A stretch of 64,000 bases of DNA from the human T2T-CHM13v2.0 reference genome, Homo sapiens, in assembly GCF_009914755.1 (NCBI RefSeq), contig NC_060945.1, one strand, 5' to 3'. Under the pieces are notes generated by a model, which was not told the origin of the DNA, did no database searches, and was given only the letters and a program-made list of their open reading frames with translations. Both the position numbers and the translations under genes were made by a program. Position 1 is the stretch's first letter. Every line of letters starts with the position of its first letter. This document shows, piece by piece, positions 28,786 through 42,480 of this stretch.

Positions 28786-30225
28786 GTCCAAACAATTGAT
28801 GGAGAAGATCATTTGGGTGTAGAGAGGCAGGTTGTAATTTATAACTCATTATCAGGGAGGGTGAGTATAGGGCTGTCACGATATCAGAAATGCCTTGGCA
28901 ATTCTCAGCTGTTTGATGCATTAACACACTTCTTCCACCTGGAAATGGAATTCCAGCTCTTTCTACTGAGACACACACACACACACACACACTTTTTTTT
29001 AACAAGCAAACACAGATCTTTTTTTCTAAATTGAATGATTATCATTAAAATAATTATTCCTCGTGTATTTTTTCTTTACATTCTCTCTGTAATATCTTGC
29101 TGATCAGATTATAGAATTTCCATTACATAAAAAGTATTTTTGTCGTTTTATCAATCAACCAACCAAAAAACGAAACTAAAACAAAATTACAAAACAAAAT
29201 TCAGACCTTTAGGTTAAGGTTTTATTTTAAAAGTCTGTCCAATCTAGGAAATATTGCATAACTAACTTATTATTGTCTTGGCTTCTCAAGATGCAAGTAC
29301 AAATTTTGACTTTAAGCAAATTCCCTCTGCTGTTATTAGCATGATCACTATGAATAAAAATATATCACAATTTAAAATACCAAAATATGAAAAATAGAAA
29401 GTTTGCCATCAAAAACAAAGATCCAATATTGATTTTATTTTTTCAGGGAAAATATTTCTGGAGGTTTAAGTCTTTACTACTGACACATTTGAAAATCAAG
29501 ACAATGGAAAACCCCTACCCTTTTATTGAGCTCATATTTTTCATCTGTATATGGAACTTTTCAAGTAAGAAGATATTGTGTCCTATGAGTGACCTTAGTG
29601 TTCGGGTAAATTACTTTCTTTCTATGAAGAGTCTAAAACATGCATATAAATAGGAATGTGCATAAGCTTGCAAAGATATTACTGGCGTTCTGCATTTTCC
29701 ATAAAAAGTTATGTATGCCTGAGGCTAAATGCCTAGCTGTATTTCATCCTAAGGTTAATAGAACTTCATGAAATATTTAGACTTTCATAATATGGCTTTT
29801 ACATAATTTTTCAAGACAGTCAGAACTTTTTGACCATTTAAATGTTTTTACCTAAAACAGAGCAATCACCTGGCGTTTGGTTTACAACATGAATTCTTTG
29901 TCCAGACCTCTCTTTGGAGTGGCTGCTTCGGTCTTGTTCCTGGTTGATTAGACATAGATCTCTCTGATCTGACCTCAGATAACATCTATGCTTAGAACTC
30001 TCGTCTCTCAAATGTTGTGCTTTGATCATCAATCATCTTTGAAAATATTAATATAGCAATGCCCAACTCAACTCAGCTGACAATTCAGTCGTCCGGGACA
30101 CAACAAAAACAAATCAACACATAACTGGACCAAAAGCTGAGTACCCAGTTTGTTTTTGATGGTGGTAGTGGTGATGCTTAAATACACGTGTGTGTATATG
30201 TCTGTGTATATTTTATCACATGCAT

Positions 30226-30246
30226 ACACACACACACACACACACA
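30226..30246. repeat. (CA)n microsatellite
   Basis: Seen directly. Confidence 0.9.
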
Positions 30247-32152
30247 TGGATTTAACTGGATATCACATATCTTAAAAATTCAGTTAGTTCTAGCATTTCT
30301 CCCATCTAAGCCAACTAAATAAGATTTTTGTAACTATTACCACTTACTGCTAGAAAATTTCCTTTAGTTTAAATTATCTAGACATTAAAAAGAGGGAGGA
30401 AATATTTTATTTTACTACAAAATAATTCTCCAGCCTTCAAGTAGTATTAAAGCAAAAACATATTATAATATTGAATTTCTAAGGGATGCTATGAATTTTT
30501 TGGTCTTATCTAAACCCATCACAAATCCCTTTTTAAACAATGGTCAACATTTGAATGAACTGGGCCATTGCAGAAACTCAGCATCTTACGAAGCATTTCC
30601 TTCCTTCTTTTTCTCTTCTCTTCTTCCCTTCTTTTCTCTTTCATAGATTAAATAATTAGAATTTAGGACCTATTACCTTTTTTTTTTCATTAAGAATCGA
30701 TCTCAGAGCTACACCTATTTGTTAATTCTAAATCATTGTTTTCTGGAGCTAAACAGATCTAGTGACTTTTCATGTAACTATTCTTAAAATATACATATGT
30801 ATAATATACACATATATAATTATACTTCTATAGGTATATTTCTATTATATTACATTTACATATGTATGAATATACTTTTATATATACACATAAACACACA
30901 CACACACAAACATACGTATTTTTTTCCTCTCCTCTAAATATCACTCCCCACCCCAGATGATTAATTCAAAAAATAATCAATACCAATCTGACATTGTACC
31001 ATGTGCCACCAGAGACAATGAGTTCCCTGTGTTTGAATAGTAAACAATATTGAACAAACATTAAATTCTGAACAATGTTGGACCCTAGGAGGCTCAAGCT
31101 TCACATTAGGGTTTTAAGTAGATTATCATCATATTTCATTTAAATCCTAACTTTCCATAATTGTGAAATAATCAAGTTAGAGAATTTTTCCACTTCCCCA
31201 ATAACTAGAGATACATTTACAAAATTACTCTCAGTTATCAAAGCATTTACTTAACAGGCTATTTCCAAGGGATACATGAAATAATCTATGCAAAGCATGT
31301 AACACATTTCTTGATATATAGTAAGTGCTATAATTTTTATCAATTACTCTTGTGTTATTATACATAAACTAAACTCTAAGCAGTAGAGCTCTATTACACT
31401 TTCCAATTTATTTTTGTATCTGAAATACATGTTAACGTGATTTCTGGCTATTGTGTTTTTTCTTGACTGGTTAAAATGGGAAATGAATAGAAATGCTGTC
31501 ATCTCACAGTAGTGAGAAAATCATCCCAATTTTAATGATATACAGCAGATGAATCACCTACTTAATGGCATGATCAAACAGACCTGGAAATACCAGTCAC
31601 TCCCATTGCAGCCCACAGATTTATCTGTTTATGGATGGAAATAATGCAAACATTCTTCTTGAAACCACTCTATTACCACAAAATATCATTATTGACTAGA
31701 CAGTGTAATCCTTCTCAATATGTGTGCCTTGGCTTGTATAGTAGAGAAAATAATATAAAATTTAATAAGTAGTAATATTAAATCAAAGGAGCAGAAACAG
31801 AAATTCATTTCATGGTTTTATCTGGTTAATATTAAGCACTGGCATGGTCTTTATAAAATTAGGCTATTTCTTTAATTTATATCCTTTAGTTATAATTTTA
31901 AAAGATGTAAACCATTAATTTACATTTTAGAAACATTCTATTTGACACTGTATATTAACTTGCATTCATGTGAATAACATTAAATTGGATATGAAATAGC
32001 AGTCTTTAAGGAAATAGTGTTTTAAATACATAAAAGTAGGTAATAAAATGCAAAGTAACAGCCAATATATATAGAGAACTTACTATACGTGAGGCAATGT
32101 GCCTAGCATTTTGCACAGATTATTTCAAATTTCTCCCAAAATATCCCTGTAA

Positions 32153-32522
<370 letters not shown>

Positions 32523-33009
32523 AGGGTATCATACTCTTAACTGATAATCTTACAATGATGGAAAATAGGATGTAAACAAAATATAAATGTCATCTACTTA
32601 AAATCCTACGATGAGGCCTGCACTGTCTGTGCACTGCTCCTACTAAGCACTGTTCCAATGTAGCATTCAGGCATGGGGACTCATTGCCTCTGGATATGGC
32701 CCACTCTATCTCTAAATAGTTCTAGCCGTTAGACAACTGGGGCCAACCCAAGAGAGATAAATTTTGGAGCAATTTCGGGTAGTGTTTTCTATTTTCTAGA
32801 GATAGGACAGAAACAAATTAGAAAAAATATCGGGAAACATGCACTGTGTCCTGCCTCACTATCCAAGACTTCTTTTTAACCAGACGAATCTTCCCAGTCC
32901 TTTAAAATTGTTCTGCATCTGATCTATGTCAGCTCTCATCAGCATTCTAGCAGTGCTCTTGTGAGTCAACTCTGGATTACCTACCTCTCTTTCTCTTAAA
33001 GACCAATAC

Positions 33010-33260
33010 TGAGAAGAGCCCAGTTGTCAGCTACACAGACTTTCAATTTGACTGCCTAATATCTTGTTCTCTCTCTCTCTTAACTCTTGTGAGTGTAGCA
33101 ACTTTCTTAAACTTCTCTGTTCCTCATCTATAAAGGAAAGATTGTAATAGCGTCCCCTTCTGGACTTGCTGTGAGGTTTCAATGAAATAATCTGTGTAAA
33201 GTTTCTAGCACAGTTTTTAGCACGTAAAGAATACTCAGCTAATGCTTTGTATTATTAGTG
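33010..33260 (+). mobile_element. MIR
   Basis: 'cttaaacttctctgttcctcatctataaa...ttgctgtgagg.ttcaatgaaataat..gtgtaaag..tagcacag'. Confidence 0.75.
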
Positions 33261-33709
33261 TTATTAATATGACAACTGTAATCAGTTTCAAGACTTGATC
33301 TACTCATAATATGATGGCAATTTACAATAATTCTTCTAATGTGTTTAAAATGGAGTTCGTTTTTGACAACAATGTAAGAGGGGTGATTAAAATTATGTAT
33401 GTGTGTATATATATATACAGTGTATATACACACTGTGTGTGTATATATATATACTGTGTTTATACACACACATATATACATATATGAGCATATGCATATA
33501 TAATACATATGTAAATACATAATTTACCCACAAACACCCAAAACACTAGTAGTTAAAAAACCATTTTCAAATATATCACTAAGTATTTCTACCTTACCTA
33601 GGTCTAGATTTCAAATAGAGTTAGAAATTAACTTATGCAGTTGATAAACATTTATTGAAGAAATGAATTGTAAAGTAATACGCTTCTCCAGTCAGAAAGT
33701 TTTTCTCAT

Positions 33710-34450
33710 GCTGTATATTCAATCAAATTGACAAGTGACCTTGATTTTACTTCCTCAGTCTCTTGAATTAATTCCTTCCTTTATTTCGTCATAACTGTTG
33801 TGAGCTCAACTTTTATATCTAACATGTAATCTAGGAAAACCTGAAAATCAGTGTCTCTGCTCCTTTCTCCTCAATTTACGTCCAGGACATTCCATGCTAC
33901 TAGAATAATTTTTCTTAAATGTCAGTTGGATGATTTATCACCCACTTGTCAAGAACACGCAAGGATTCACTATTGCCTGCTAGTTACCCTCAATCTGGCC
34001 TTCCTCAGACAGTTCAACTTACCTTTCCAGGGTCAATCTCTCCTATTTTTTTAAATGTATACCTCAATCACTAGACCACATGTCCTCCTTGCTACTCTTT
34101 AAAGACAATGTTCATTTTGCACTGCATTTGTATTTGTTCACGTAGGCTAGCATTTTGCTCCCACCTCATCTTCATTTTTTGCAACTCTTCCAAGTCTCAT
34201 CTCAACACCACTTCATCCATAAAGTCTCTCTGATCCTCCCATTCAGCACAACCTCCTGAGACATGAAATTCCAATGAACTTTGTTTGAACTATTTTAGGG
34301 CCCTTATCTTACACAATCGTGTATCCTAGTTATTCTTGCACTTATGTTATTAAACATAGATAGAGGGTTCTGTTTTTCCTAGTAGCCCCTCACAATATTT
34401 AGCCAAGTTTCTCAAAAATCACATGAGCTCAAGAAATGTCTGTTAAGCTG
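33710..34450 (+). mobile_element. L2 3' region
   Basis: 'tagaataatttttcttaaatg', 'aagtctcatctcaacaccacttcatccataaag', ends 'gagctcaagaaatgtctgttaa'. Confidence 0.6.
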
Positions 34451-35152
34451 GAGGTTTGATGGATCCTACAATAGGCACTCATATTACATTTTTGAAATTT
34501 ATATTTTTAGAGAAAATAGATCTTACTGTTTTTCTCTATTATAAAGATAGACTGAGATAAACAAATACTTTAGAAAAGAAACTTTGAAGAAATAACAAAA
34601 AAGCCCTCTGAGTGTAAATCTATTTTGTAAATGATTTTGAAACGTCTTACTTTTTATATCTTATTGACATATCAAAATATTCAAAACACCATTTACCTCA
34701 GTTGCTTTAACACAGTTCCACGAAGTATAATAAAAAGAAAACTAACAATAGAAAAGAAAAGCAAAATTACTGTCCTGGTTGGTACTACTTTACTTGAAGA
34801 TCCAGTGAAGTTTCACCCAGGATTTTTTTCATGTTTTGTGAGTTTCACCAACCACATAATCATAGCTTAAAACACATAATAAACATAAACTAATACAAGG
34901 AACTAGTTGGGGGATTCTTGGGACCTGCACACAGAAAATTCCCATGTTAGAATTAGGCCAACTGACTGGAGATCTGGCTACAATGGATGGCTATTTACTG
35001 CTCATTCAGTAATCTTCAGCTGGCCTTCGAAGTAAGGACTAACTTGTCTTTTCAGGGCTGGGAAGAAAAGAGAGAAATTGTGGTTTTGTTAAGTGCTGCA
35101 GGAAATATCCGGTCTTTTCTCTTCCTCCACTGTTTAGAAAAGAGCATGTATT

Positions 35153-35452
35153 GGCCAGGCACGGTGGCTCATGCCTGTCAGTAATCCCAGCACTTTGGGA
35201 GGCCGAGGCGGGCTGATCACGAGGTCAGGAGATCGAGACCATCCTGGCTAACACAGTGAAACCCTGTCTCTACAAAAATACAAAAAATTAGCCAGGCGTG
35301 GTGCCGGGTGCCTGTAGTCCCAGCTACTCGGGAGGCTGAGGCAGGAGAATGGCGTGGAACCTGGGAGGCGGAGCTTACAGTGAGCCAAGATCGCGCCACC
35401 GCACTCCGGCCTGGGGGACAGAGTGAGACTTCATCTCAAAAAAAAAAAAAAA
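35153..35452 (+). mobile_element. AluY, no TSD visible
   Basis: Full dimer with poly-A and AluY diagnostics. Flanks agaaaagagcatgtatt and gtcccagagag do not match. Confidence 0.93.
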
Positions 35453-35667
35453 GTCCCAGAGAGATACTCTTCCCCTCCCACTATGTGAGGAATAGCAAGA
35501 AGGTATTGTCTATGAAACAGAAAGCAGATCCTCACCAGACACTGAATCTGCCAATGCCTTAATCTGAGACCTCCTAGCCTTCAGAACAGTGAGAAATACA
35601 TTTCTGTTACTCGTAAGCTATCCAGTTTGTGGTATTTTTTTTATAGCAGTCTAAATGAACTAAGACA
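35453..35667 (+). mobile_element. 3' half of MaLR LTR MLT1A-like
   Basis: 'cccagagag...atgtgagga...cctcaccagacactgaatctgcc...cagaacagtgagaaatacatttctgtt...gaactaagaca' with an intact 3' end. Confidence 0.85.
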
Positions 35668-36442
35668 TTATGCTTTTAAATGATTTAGATATTTATGGTA
35701 GGATTCCTATAATTGCATATCTTGACGTTGCATTTCCTGAATTACTGTGTATAATATAAAAATCAGAGTACCACACTCATCTACCAGCCAAGCTGGGCTT
35801 GTCTGACTTATTCTTTGGTCCCTCACCTCCTTCTTGATTTGGGGGGACATTCTTCTATGCAATTCCGGGTTTTTCCTGTAACCAGGTCTTAGTTTTAATT
35901 TGGTCCACTCTGACTGCTATGCTATCCGGTGCTTGATTTCAATGAATAAATTCTAAGAAAGGTAGATGCATATTCATAATTCTTTTAAGTAAATGTGTAA
36001 AATATAACTTTTGATTTTCAGGTTGAACTAAAAGATGTAAAATTTAAAAGGACAGAAATGGCACAAATGCATGTAGCAAAATATCTGAGCCTCCTAAAAC
36101 AAAACCAAATAAAAATATGTATTCTCTAAAATTTTGCATATTTCTCTGACTTCCTTATCCTCTACTCCAGTGGTGTAAAATTTCACTTAGCACCTGTTGG
36201 AGTGCTCTTGGCACTAAAATATCACAACTATTGCCAAAGTCATTTCTTATTTTCTAGAGCAGAACCAATCAGACATTTCTAAAGCTGCCTCCCTTCAAAC
36301 TTCATTATGACCTCCTTAGCTCTCTAGGTGGGGTTTATCTTTCCTCTCTGGAGGTAAATTCTCTCACCTTAGCTAACTCAGGCAACTACACCCCCTATGT
36401 CAGCTTTTTCTGGTTTTGCTGTTAATATAGGAGGTAATTATC

Positions 36443-36789
36443 TGATACGGTTTGTGTCCCCACCCAAATCTCATCTTAAATTGAGGCTCCCATAATTCCC
36501 ACGTGTTGCGAGAGGGACCTAGTGGGAGACAACTGAATCATGGAGGGGGTTTTCTCCATACTATTGTCTTGGTAGTAAGTAAATCTCATGCAATCTGATG
36601 GTTATATAAGGGGTTTCTGTTTTTGCTTCTCTCTCATTCTCTCTTGCAGGCGCCATGTAAGAAGTGCCTTTCAGCTTCCATCATGATTGTGAGGCCTCCC
36701 CAGCTACATGGAACTGAGTCCATTAAATCTATTTTTTTTTCCCAGTCTCGGGCCTGTCTTTATCAGTAGCATGAAAATGGACTAATACA
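36443..36789 (+). mobile_element. THE1 (THE1A/B) solo LTR
   Basis: TG...CA ends, perfect 5-bp TSD TTATC (36438-36442 and 36790-36794), 'tgtgtccccacccaaatctcatctt...ggactaataca'. Confidence 0.93.
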
Positions 36790-37800
36790 TTATCCTTGAC
36801 CCAAAGTTTTATCACATTCCTCTTCCAAAATTTTATGAGTAACACTCCCCTTTTCTGTTATCACTACATCCATAATCCTGACACAAGAATAACAGATTTG
36901 CCATTATTTGAAATCATATGAGAAATGTTTAATGTTTTTGAACCGTGCGTAGAAAGAACAGCTGTCAACATTGAATACATACATCCACAATGTGAACAGA
37001 GTACTCAATCTGTATTGGGGTATAGGCTTAAAAAAGTAAGAGGAAATCCTGGGCCCTGCTCTTGAAATCCAAAGCTTTGAATTAAGGTGATAGGAAATGT
37101 ATACCAATGCAAACTGAATGCTGATGTTATATGGTTGCTTCTTGTAGTAGTGAGAGTAGTTTCAAAACTGGGAGCTGCTATCATAAGCATTATGATAATA
37201 TGGGAAACCAACTATACAAGAATCCAAAATATGAAGTCATATACTCAGGGGTGTCAAGGACCACAGATTAATGAGAAAATAATTCATAGGGGAAGTTGGC
37301 CTTAGCAGAGGTATTTATACATGGTTGAGGTAAGAAGGTTTGGTGCTGAAGGGCTCCTGTCCATGGCAGGGTTACTATTCCACCCCTAAGGCAGCTTGGG
37401 CTTTCCATCTACCCTGCCTGGGTTAATGCAACCTGAAAAGTCCAAAAATTAGAAGCAGAGCCGGGTGAGATCTTGATGTAGATGGCGAAAAAGTAAGTTT
37501 TTAATGTTTGAAGCTTAGAATATGGCTGGAAGTAGAAAGGAAACTGAAGGAAGCTAGTAGTGAAAAAGTGAAGTAGACTATTGACAAAGTAATAACTAGG
37601 AATTTTTGTTTCATTTGTTGAAGCTTTTTGTATTATACTGTGCCTGATATGATCAAAATATTTGAAGGAAGACTTCTAGATCTTGTGAGTTGACACTGTT
37701 TATGCTGTCATTAAGAATATCTATTCCAACATGCAGGTTAAGATAAAAGAAGAAAGTAGCTTGGACTATTTTAGAGTTTCTTCAAGAATGAGAAAAGTAC

Positions 37801-38279
<479 letters not shown>

Positions 38280-38469
38280 CTAGCATCCACAAAGTCAGTT
38301 TTACTCTCCTTAAATTCTTTAAATTCTCCTTTTATTCTCCTTAATTTGACCCTTCTGTACGTGTGAGTCTAATCCTGACAAATCAACTCACATGAAACCA
38401 ATTCACAGAGTCTCTGGCTGAATGGAGGCTTTAACCAATAACAACTTTCCTACCTCTCGAGTTGAACAC

Positions 38470-39050
38470 ATGCCTCACTCATTCCATAAAGGACCCTCTG
38501 TATGACAGGCACTGCTTTAGGCACTTGGGATATGTGAATGCACGAGTATACAAAGCTAAAAAACAAACACACACGCAGAAAAACCAAAGCCACCTTGACT
38601 TCACAAAGTTTGTGTGCTAGTGAGGGGTGGCCACAATAAACTACAAACAAGAAAGTTAAATTATATAGCAACTTAGAAAATGATAAATACTGTGGAAAAA
38701 TAGAAATAGCAAAGGAGATTGGGTGCAAGGGCTGGAGAGAGGGTTGGAATTTCAAATGGTGTGGTCCCAATAGGTCTTATAGAAGTGATCTTTAAGTAAA
38801 ACTTAGCACATTTTATGGACTGCCAAATATATTGTAGCTGCATGGAATACATAGTGAAGAAAATAGTCTGAGACTCCACTGTTTAAATCTTAGCACAGGG
38901 GTGGGGGAGCAGTCAATAACAGTAAAGAATTATGTAACGTATCAGGTAATGGGAATGTTAAGAGGATAGTGATCGGAATGAGGTGCTCTGTCTGGTAATG
39001 TGGACTGTGAGGCTTTTTATAAGGCGGTGTTTGAGCAACAGAACCTAATT
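38470..39050 (-). mobile_element. L2 3' fragments
   Basis: 'tatgacaggcactgctttaggcacttgggata', 'gataaatactgtggaaaaa', 'ggtgtttgagca'. Confidence 0.65.
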
Positions 39051-39099
39051 CATATAATTTCTCAGTATGGGACCCATAGAAATTAGATACTCCAGCAAT

Positions 39100-39640
39100 T
39101 CATATGTTCTAACCCTTCATTGGGGAAAGCAATCCCAAGGAAGGGGGTTGAAGATGAATCGATGTAAGGGAGGAAAGGAGAGCAAGGTAATAAAAATGGT
39201 TGTCTCTGATCTGGCTGCCACTCTGATCTGTAAGAAAACAGCAGGGTCTAAATCTTTTAGGAAGATTTTCTAAGATGCTGGCATTCCTGGGCTCTCCATT
39301 GGGAAAGAAGGGGAAAGCACTTATGTGCTGGTCAAGGGTCTCCTTTGTGAAAGTTGCACTCTACAGGGTGTTCACTTCCCAGCACTTCTGGGCTGCTCTT
39401 GTCCAGGTTCTAAGCTGGTCCCTGGTGTATCAAGCCTTAGCTGCACCAGAGAAGCTCTTGGGTAGAAGATAAGAGAGGATCACATGGAGCATAGGCATGA
39501 TGTAACTCACTGTGCGTTGTGCGCATGTGAAGTTGAGAGGTAAACTTGCAAGCTCCATGGCCTCAAAGGTGGCTGAGTGGCCTGTGGTGCAAAGGTCCGC
39601 AGGTGAATGAAGCTTAGCAGACCTGATACAGTGCACAAGA
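39100..39640 (-). mobile_element. Old ERVL LTR (LTR33-like)
   Basis: More GC-rich block with 'ttcattgggga..aatcccaagga', 'ggtcaagggt', 'cttcccagcacttctgggctg'. Family uncertain. Confidence 0.4.
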
Positions 39641-39840
39641 CGAAAAGTGCTTTATAGATATTAACTAATTTAATGCCAATAACAATCCTATGCTGTAAAT
39701 GCTATTTTCATCCCTATTTAACAGAAAAATAATCTAAAACATAAAGATCTTTAATAACTTACCTGGAGTCACACAACTAGTGGGTGTCAAGATTCAAACA
39801 GGCCTTTCGCCTCCAGAAACATGCTCCTTAACCTTGTGAG
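39640..39840 (-). mobile_element. MIR
   Basis: 'aacaatcctatg...atccctatttaacaga...taataacttacctggagtcacacaactagt..gattcaaac..ctccaga..atgctcctta'. Confidence 0.75.
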
Positions 39841-40597
39841 TACCAATCTTACTCCACAAGCTAAATTGTTTTTAATTAATGGTGAAAAAATTCTCTTAAA
39901 TCTTTTAATAGTTTTCTGTAAATTATGATTTCTAGTATTGCTTCATTTATCACAGAATCAGTTCATTTTAACTAAATTCTAAAGTAATGATATTTAATAG
40001 TCGTAGAAAGAATCACTGAGAAAGCAGCAAGAAGTGGAAGAGGAAAAAGTGCATAAATAGTACCTAGAAGGGAGCCTATTTTTATTTTATTTGATATATA
40101 TTTTGACAGGAAAGAGGACTTTTACCTAAATACATTTTCTGGTATGTTATTTCTGCTCCATCAGATGAAGAAAATTGAATTAAAAATTTTGAATTACTTC
40201 AGTGGGTTATCTTGATGTAACCGTTAAAATTGTCTATTTCAGTCTGCATGTTAAAGTAAAAGAAGGACATAGTATACAAGGGGTTTGAATATCTTTTGTA
40301 TATTATGAACAATTTGAACTCCATTTGCTTTGAGTGTTTCAGTTCCAAGCACCAGTTATCTGAGGAATGATAGGCAGAACAGACTTAAATTCAACACGTC
40401 AGTATGAAATTCTGCAGCCCTGGTAGAGAGGATGAAAGAACAATTGGTAATAGGTTCTGTTATCTTCTCAGTCCCTGTTCTGTTTGGGGATATTATCCAT
40501 TTAAGTGAAGTCATTCCAAAGCACTGAGAACAAAATGTCTCTAATTTCACTCATTTTGAGAGATATTTGATTAACATTTTACCTATGCATGTATATC

Positions 40598-40624
40598 ACA
40601 CAGACACACACACACACACACACA
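40598..40624. repeat. (CA)n microsatellite
   Basis: Seen directly. Confidence 0.9.
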
Positions 40625-42322
40625 GCCCTTCACAATTGTGCATAGAACTTAGGGTTTCTCTCCCAATATTAGTCTAGTCTGCATAGCCAGCAATGTTCTT
40701 CTCTTGAGGAGGATTGTAAAAGGATATTTTAAAAGTGCTTTTTCTAATGGAGAAGTGAATCAGACAAAGTAATCGTAAACAAGACATGCCATTTTTCTTG
40801 ATGAAATATCTGTGACAGTCCTCGTTTAACTGGTCTCTTTGATTCAGTCTTGATGTGGTTTGTCCTCTTGTTTGCACTCAGCACTTTGTGCAAAGAGAAA
40901 TCAGCACCTTTTCAAAATCAACAAGAAAAGTGGTAGTTACAATATTTTGGCCTTCATTTTTACTGTTGATTAAATGTGATTGTAGTTTCTTTCCTACTGA
41001 AGAACACCTAAATTCTGTCTCCCAAATAAAACAGAGAAGGGTGCATCTTTCTGTGCAATGTCACTTTTGGACCAATGAACATTAATTATGCTGTTTATTT
41101 CATCCAGAAAAACCGGAGATAAAATGTCATCCAAAGTCTTTTGATTTCTTATCCCATAGAACCCATGCTTTATCAGAACAGACATGTAGCTGACAAGGGC
41201 AATTTTTAAAATAAGTTTTAATTAGAAACTTTCCTGAAGTTCTACATTTATTTCTGCTTTAAAAATTACTAGCTAATGTCAAAGATGCTGAACTTTTATC
41301 TAGCCACTTCAATCGAAAAGGTTGGTATCAAGAAAAATACTGATTTTAGTCAATGAACAATGTTCACACAATGTAATAATAGAGAAAAAGTGATACTTGG
41401 GGAAAATAAAAATTAGTTTACTTCTTGTCCTTTTGTTCATAAAACAGTATAATTAAACTCAGTAAGTTACAAGTAGCATAATTAAGAACTACATGAGAGC
41501 CATAAAAATACTTGCAGATTCATTCAAAAGTTCTAACCACTGAATTCTGTATTATTTTTTGGGTCATAGCAGTTTCTTAAGATTTTCAGATTCAAGTTGA
41601 AGCAATGACTAATATCTTCTCATGAACATACTGACGTCAGTTACTCTTGCCATATCCCCTAGAAGAGTCGTCACGTTGGGTAGATTCTATTGGATAAATA
41701 ACTCACAGTGCTATCCTTCTTTCATCTGTGACACTCCCCTCATATAACTAATGACCATTTATCCTTATCTTTTGTCTCATTATCTCCTAATAGATTATCT
41801 ATCCTCCACAATATTACCAAGGTTGATTTATTTGCAAACAGATTTGTTGATTTCAGTGGCTCACTATCACCTACAGGAGAAGCCAGAATGCCTACAAGGC
41901 TCCCTCCATACCTTAACCTTCCCCATGACTACCTGGTATCTGGCAACACACACATACTCCGTATTTCCTGAACACCCCATGCCCTTGATCTGTGCCTTAG
42001 CTCTTGCTCTCCCTTTTGTTGGGAATACGCTCCCCCTGCTCTTTCTGCCTCCCCACATTTTTGTCCTTCATTGTATACACGATTGGCCTCTGAATGTTTT
42101 CTGGTCTCCCTAAAGAATCGGTCGTGTACATCTATGTGCTTCTGTAGAACATGCTCTACTTCTCTGTGGTGTGTGGGTCATGTAGACTACTTGAGGTTGT
42201 CAGTGACTCATTCATTCACTCAGCTCCTAATTAACAACAACTCACTTTGTGCCAGGCACTCTACTTCATGCTGTGTATGCAGCCGGTGAATACGTCAAAC
42301 ACAATCTCTCCATTATCAAGGA

Positions 42323-42480
42323 CAAGTGGATCTCAATCTCAGCATCCATACTGACCACTTGGAGCACTTTGCAAAAAATGCAGATTCCTGAGCTACACCC
42401 CCCAGATATTTTGACCCAGAAGCTTAGAGTATAATGCAACAATGTGCTTGTTGTTAACACTTCTAGAGGATGATGATCGA
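42323..42480. mobile_element. MER5A/B (hAT) fragment amid L2 remnants (~41780-43070)
   Basis: 'agtggatctcaa...aaaaatgcagattcctgagctacacccccaga'. Flanks carry L2 tail motifs such as 'tcattcattcactca' and 'tgtgccaggcact'. Confidence 0.6.

Noticed and set aside
29387-29653. ORF containing FFQGKYFWRF, reminiscent of a hemopexin/MMP repeat
   Set aside because: The match is only ~10 residues, partly from a polypyrimidine tract. The rest is unrelated and no other MMP-like exons are visible.
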